DNA of 36,675 bases from an uncultured Gammaproteobacteria bacterium (GTDB lineage: Bacteria > Patescibacteriota > Patescibacteriia > Patescibacteriales > UBA12465). A program made the position numbers and the translations under genes. Positions 33,653-36,675 of the stretch are shown piece after piece. The first letter of the stretch is position 1. Each line of letters starts with the position of its first letter. The stretch is taken from assembly GCA_964416495.1 (NCBI GenBank), contig CAYQEI010000001.1, forward strand, positions 1 to 36,675, written 5' to 3'. Under the pieces are notes generated by a model, which saw only the letters and a list, made by a program, of their open reading frames with translations, did no database searches and was not told the origin of the DNA.

Positions 33653-35089
33653 ATGGAGATACCAATTTACGTTTTAGATACCCTAAAAACATTACAAACG
33701 GACAATAAGCTAGCTTACTTAGTTGGTGGCTGTGTGCGTGATTTGTTAATGGGGAAAAAACCACTAGATTGGGACATCACTACCAGTGCTAAACCAGCTG
33801 AGATTTTAGCTCTTTTCCCAGAAGCTAAATATGAAAATGATTTTGGTACAGTTTTGTTGCCAATTAAAAAAAACAATGAATTACTCACTGTTTTAGAGAT
33901 TACTACTTTTCGCAGTGAGTCAAACTACCAAGATAAACGTCATCCTAAAAATGTTCAATTTGAAACTGAGCTTGAGTTAGATTTAGCGCGACGTGACTTT
34001 ACCATTAACGCCATTGCTCTTAACCCCTTAGCTGAAAATGAAATTATTGATTTATATGGTGGCCAAAAAGATATTAAAGCTAAGATAGTCCGAGCTATTG
34101 GTGAGCCAAGTGATCGTTTTCGTGAAGATGCCCTGCGTTTAATGCGAGCAGTTAGATTTTGTACTCAACTTGGTTTTGAGCTTGAACCAAAGACAGAAAG
34201 AGCGATAATAAAATTAGCTGGTGCCATTAAATTCATTGCTCAAGAAAGAATTAGAGATGAATTAATTAAAATATTGGCCTCAGATCATCCCAGTGAGGGC
34301 ATCGAGAGTTTACGTCAACTCAAACTACTGCAATATATTATCCCTGAATTAGAGTTAGGATTAAAGGTCAAGCAAGACCGGCATCATATTTACCCAGTCT
34401 ATAAACACAATCTGCTTTCACTCAAGCATTGCCCGAGCCCTAAGTGGCAGGTAAGGCTCTCAGCTCTACTCCATGATATTGGTAAGCCCAAAACGAAAAG
34501 AATTATAAATCAAATTGCAACTTTCTATAATCACGAATATGTCGGCGCTAAAATGGCTGAGAGGATAATGAAGAGATTGCGTTTTAGTAAAAAAGATACT
34601 GATTTAGTGGTAAATTTGATTAAAAACCATATGTTTTATTATAATGTTGGTGAGGTTACCGCTGCTTCAGTTAGACGACTGATAGTTAAAGTAGGTAATG
34701 ATAACTTGAAAGATTTAATGGACCTAAGAATTGCTGATCGCTTGGGTTCAGGCACACCAAAAGCTAAACCATATAAGTTAAGGCATTTAGAATATATGAT
34801 TGAAAAGGTGCAACATGATCCAATTTCTGCTAAAATGCTAGCTATCAATGGTGATGATTTAATTAAGGAACTCAAACTTGAGCCTAGCCCCAAAATTGGA
34901 GCGATATTAGACATCATCTTAGCTAAAGTGATTAGCGAGCCAGAATTAAATGAAAGAAAAAAATTATTAACTTTAGCTAAATCTTTAGAAAAGAAAGATT
35001 TAGCTAGCCTCAGAACTGAGGCTAAAGAATTAATTTCTGGGAAAAGGGAAGAGGAAGATAAAAATATTAAAGCGAAATTTAAAGTCTAA
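33653..35089 (+). CDS. cca: CCA-adding tRNA nucleotidyltransferase with HD domain
   Basis: LVGGCVRDLLMGKKPLDWDITT, RDFTINA, EDALRLMRAVRF and HDIGKP motifs. Confidence 0.88.
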   Translation: MEIPIYVLDTLKTLQTDNKLAYLVGGCVRDLLMGKKPLDWDITTSAKPAEILALFPEAKYENDFGTVLLPIKKNNELLTVLEITTFRSESNYQDKRHPKNVQFETELELDLARRDFTINAIALNPLAENEIIDLYGGQKDIKAKIVRAIGEPSDRFREDALRLMRAVRFCTQLGFELEPKTERAIIKLAGAIKFIAQERIRDELIKILASDHPSEGIESLRQLKLLQYIIPELELGLKVKQDRHHIYPVYKHNLLSLKHCPSPKWQVRLSALLHDIGKPKTKRIINQIATFYNHEYVGAKMAERIMKRLRFSKKDTDLVVNLIKNHMFYYNVGEVTAASVRRLIVKVGNDNLKDLMDLRIADRLGSGTPKAKPYKLRHLEYMIEKVQHDPISAKMLAINGDDLIKELKLEPSPKIGAILDIILAKVISEPELNERKKLLTLAKSLEKKDLASLRTEAKELISGKREEEDKNIKAKFKV

Positions 35090-35093
35090 TTAT

Positions 35094-35690
35094 ATGAAAA
35101 AAAATATTAAATTGTACCTTATTTTATTAATCGCAGGTCTCAGTTTAAGTGCCTGCTCTAATTCTAATTCTATGCGAACTTTAGATAACCAGGAAGACTT
35201 AGCCAAGAAATATAGTCAAGCTATAGTCTCTACCAATTTGGGTGATTTTACCCTCAAATTCTACAGTGATGATTCACCGATTACGGTGAATAATTTCCTT
35301 AACCTAGCTCAAGCTGGTTTTTATGAACAGACCAAGTTTCACCGAGTGATTGAAGGTTTTATGATTCAAGGTGGTGACCCAAACAGCAAAGGAGATGATA
35401 TCAGAACCTATGGCACTGGTTCACCTGGCTATAAATTTGCTGATGAATTCAATGATCATAAGTTGGTAGCAGGCAGTTTAGCCATGGCTAACTCCGGCCC
35501 TAACAGTAATGGTTCTCAATTCTTTATTGTGACTGCTCCCCAGACGGCTTACTTAGATGGCGTTCATACTAATTTCGGTTATGTTAGTGAAGGTTTTGAA
35601 GTGGTTAAGGCAATTGAAGCGGTGGCTACTAATGAGTTTGATATGCCTTTGGAGCCAGTAGTAATTAATTCAATAACTTTAGTTAAATAA
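35094..35690 (+). CDS. Cyclophilin-type peptidyl-prolyl cis-trans isomerase, lipoprotein
   Basis: LSAC lipobox, FHRVIEGFMIQGGDP and LAMANSGPNSNGSQFFI. Confidence 0.9.
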   Translation: MKKNIKLYLILLIAGLSLSACSNSNSMRTLDNQEDLAKKYSQAIVSTNLGDFTLKFYSDDSPITVNNFLNLAQAGFYEQTKFHRVIEGFMIQGGDPNSKGDDIRTYGTGSPGYKFADEFNDHKLVAGSLAMANSGPNSNGSQFFIVTAPQTAYLDGVHTNFGYVSEGFEVVKAIEAVATNEFDMPLEPVVINSITLVK

Positions 35691-36675
35691 ATGAAAGTCT
35701 ATTTAGATAATGCTGCGACAACAGCGATTGCGAAGCCTGTTTTGGCTAAGATGATGCCGTATTTGACTGATAACTTTGCTAACCCTTCTTCAATTCATAA
35801 TCCGGGCCGGGCTGCTAATGTGGTGTTAGAGAAGCAGAGAGCTTTAGTGGCTCAGCTTTTGGGGGTTGATAAGGCTGGCATCTATTTTACTGGTAGTGCC
35901 ACTGAGGCTAATAATTTAATCCTTACTGGTGTTGCCCAAGCCTATCAGTCAAAGGAGAAGAAGAGGATTATAATCTCTCAAATTGAGCACCCTAGTGTCA
36001 GTGAAGTTGCTAAACGTTTAGCTAAGCAGGGAATTAAGGTAGATTACTTAGCGGTTGATAGTAATGGAGTTGCGAGCTACAAAGATTTAGAGCAAATGAT
36101 GGGTGAGGATGTTTTGTTGGTTTCGGTCATGACAGTTAATAATGAGCTTGGCTCAATTGCGCCTCTTAAAAAAATGGCTACTTTAGCGCATAAATATAAA
36201 GCTTTTTTCCATAGTGATGCTGTCCAATCTATTCCTTACTTTAATGTATTAAGTTTAGGCGTAGATTTTGCCAGCTATTCTGCTCATAAGTTTGCAGGCC
36301 CCAAAGGAGTTGGCTTAGCCTACATTAATCCTGAAATTAGAATTCCTGGATTAATTATTGGTGGAGGTCAAGAAAAGAATTTACGCGCTGGAACCTATAA
36401 TCTTGCTAACATTGTTGGCTTGGCTCAAGCCCTCAAGCTGTCTTTAGCTAAAAAAGATCAGCAAATTAAGAAGTTAAAGGACTTAAGGGAGTACTTCATC
36501 TCCGCCATTAAAACTAACTTTCCTGAAGTGAAACAAAATGGTAGTAAAACAAGCTCAGTTCCTGGGATAGTGAATTTAATGTTTCCCTATATTGAAGGGG
36601 AAGCTATTTTAATGGATTTATCAGCTCAAGGAATATCAGTCTCAACTGGCTCAGCTTGCTCTGCCACTGATTTGC
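35691..36675 (+). CDS. Cysteine desulfurase (NifS/IscS class V aminotransferase), truncated at the 3-prime window edge
   Basis: My own translation gives MKVYLDNAATTAIAKPVL...FTGSATEANNL...FHSDAVQS...SAHKFAGPKGVGLAYI...STGSACSA. This includes the PLP-Lys motif SAHK and the active-site Cys loop. The ATG directly follows the previous TAA. The ORF is open to the end of the window and is not in the supplied track. Confidence 0.85.
   Translation, partial: MKVYLDNAATTAIAKPVLAKMMPYLTDNFANPSSIHNPGRAANVVLEKQRALVAQLLGVDKAGIYFTGSATEANNLILTGVAQAYQSKEKKRIIISQIEHPSVSEVAKRLAKQGIKVDYLAVDSNGVASYKDLEQMMGEDVLLVSVMTVNNELGSIAPLKKMATLAHKYKAFFHSDAVQSIPYFNVLSLGVDFASYSAHKFAGPKGVGLAYINPEIRIPGLIIGGGQEKNLRAGTYNLANIVGLAQALKLSLAKKDQQIKKLKDLREYFISAIKTNFPEVKQNGSKTSSVPGIVNLMFPYIEGEAILMDLSAQGISVSTGSACSATDL

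Noticed and set aside
1-36675. Alternative genetic code (UGA as Gly or Trp, as in some CPR lineages or mycoplasmas).
   Set aside because: Conserved proteins (rpsB, tsf, gap, nrdJ, cca) are full length with standard stops. TGA ends the ORF at 2819-2821. No conserved gene is split by an in-frame TGA.
1-36675. CRISPR arrays, IS elements/transposases, integrases, rRNA or tRNA genes.
   Set aside because: I found no regularly spaced direct repeats, no transposase- or integrase-like ORF, no terminal inverted repeats, and no cloverleaf or rRNA-like conserved stretch in any gap. All sizeable gaps are accounted for above.

Overview
The window is AT-rich (roughly 35-40% GC by eye) and very compact. About 40 genes lie on the + strand and only one on the - strand. 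The gene content suggests a reduced-genome, fermentative bacterium of the Patescibacteria/CPR type, but this is inference only, as there is no rRNA or other marker in the window. Supporting content includes an O-antigen-ligase-like protein with TPR repeats, a giant surface protein with lamin-tail and LamG domains, a pilin-like protein, a class II ribonucleotide reductase, a malic enzyme, GAPDH and an [FeFe]-hydrogenase-like module. Standard stop codons (TAA, TAG, TGA) all appear to terminate genes. Housekeeping genes I recognise with confidence are lexA, a Y-family polymerase, nrdJ, a PduO-type adenosyltransferase, rpsB, tsf, a PSP1/RicT-like gene, gap, cca, a cyclophilin and a partial cysteine desulfurase. 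The first ~4.3 kb looks accessory. It holds an XRE-Panacea (DUF4065) antitoxin overlapping a RelE/HigB-like partner, a decayed membrane-anchored Mrr-type nuclease, and a 570-bp non-coding gap. The items most worth follow-up are: (1) the PanA-type toxin-antitoxin pair with its operator; (2) a NuoF-like / membrane protein / [FeFe]-hydrogenase-like trio, where the hydrogenase has lost every 2Fe-2S ligand in its N-terminal domain and carries Ala at the proton-relay Cys of the TSCCP motif; (3) an orphan encapsulated-ferritin (EncFtn) homologue with no encapsulin shell, placed next to an MscS channel; (4) a tandem pair of paralogous ~120-aa proteins of unknown family; (5) an ogt-lexA-Y-polymerase-DUF488 cluster with a distinctive TTGTTTAC operator array; (6) a divergent kinase-like protein. 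All family assignments come from motif recognition by eye. No searches were run.
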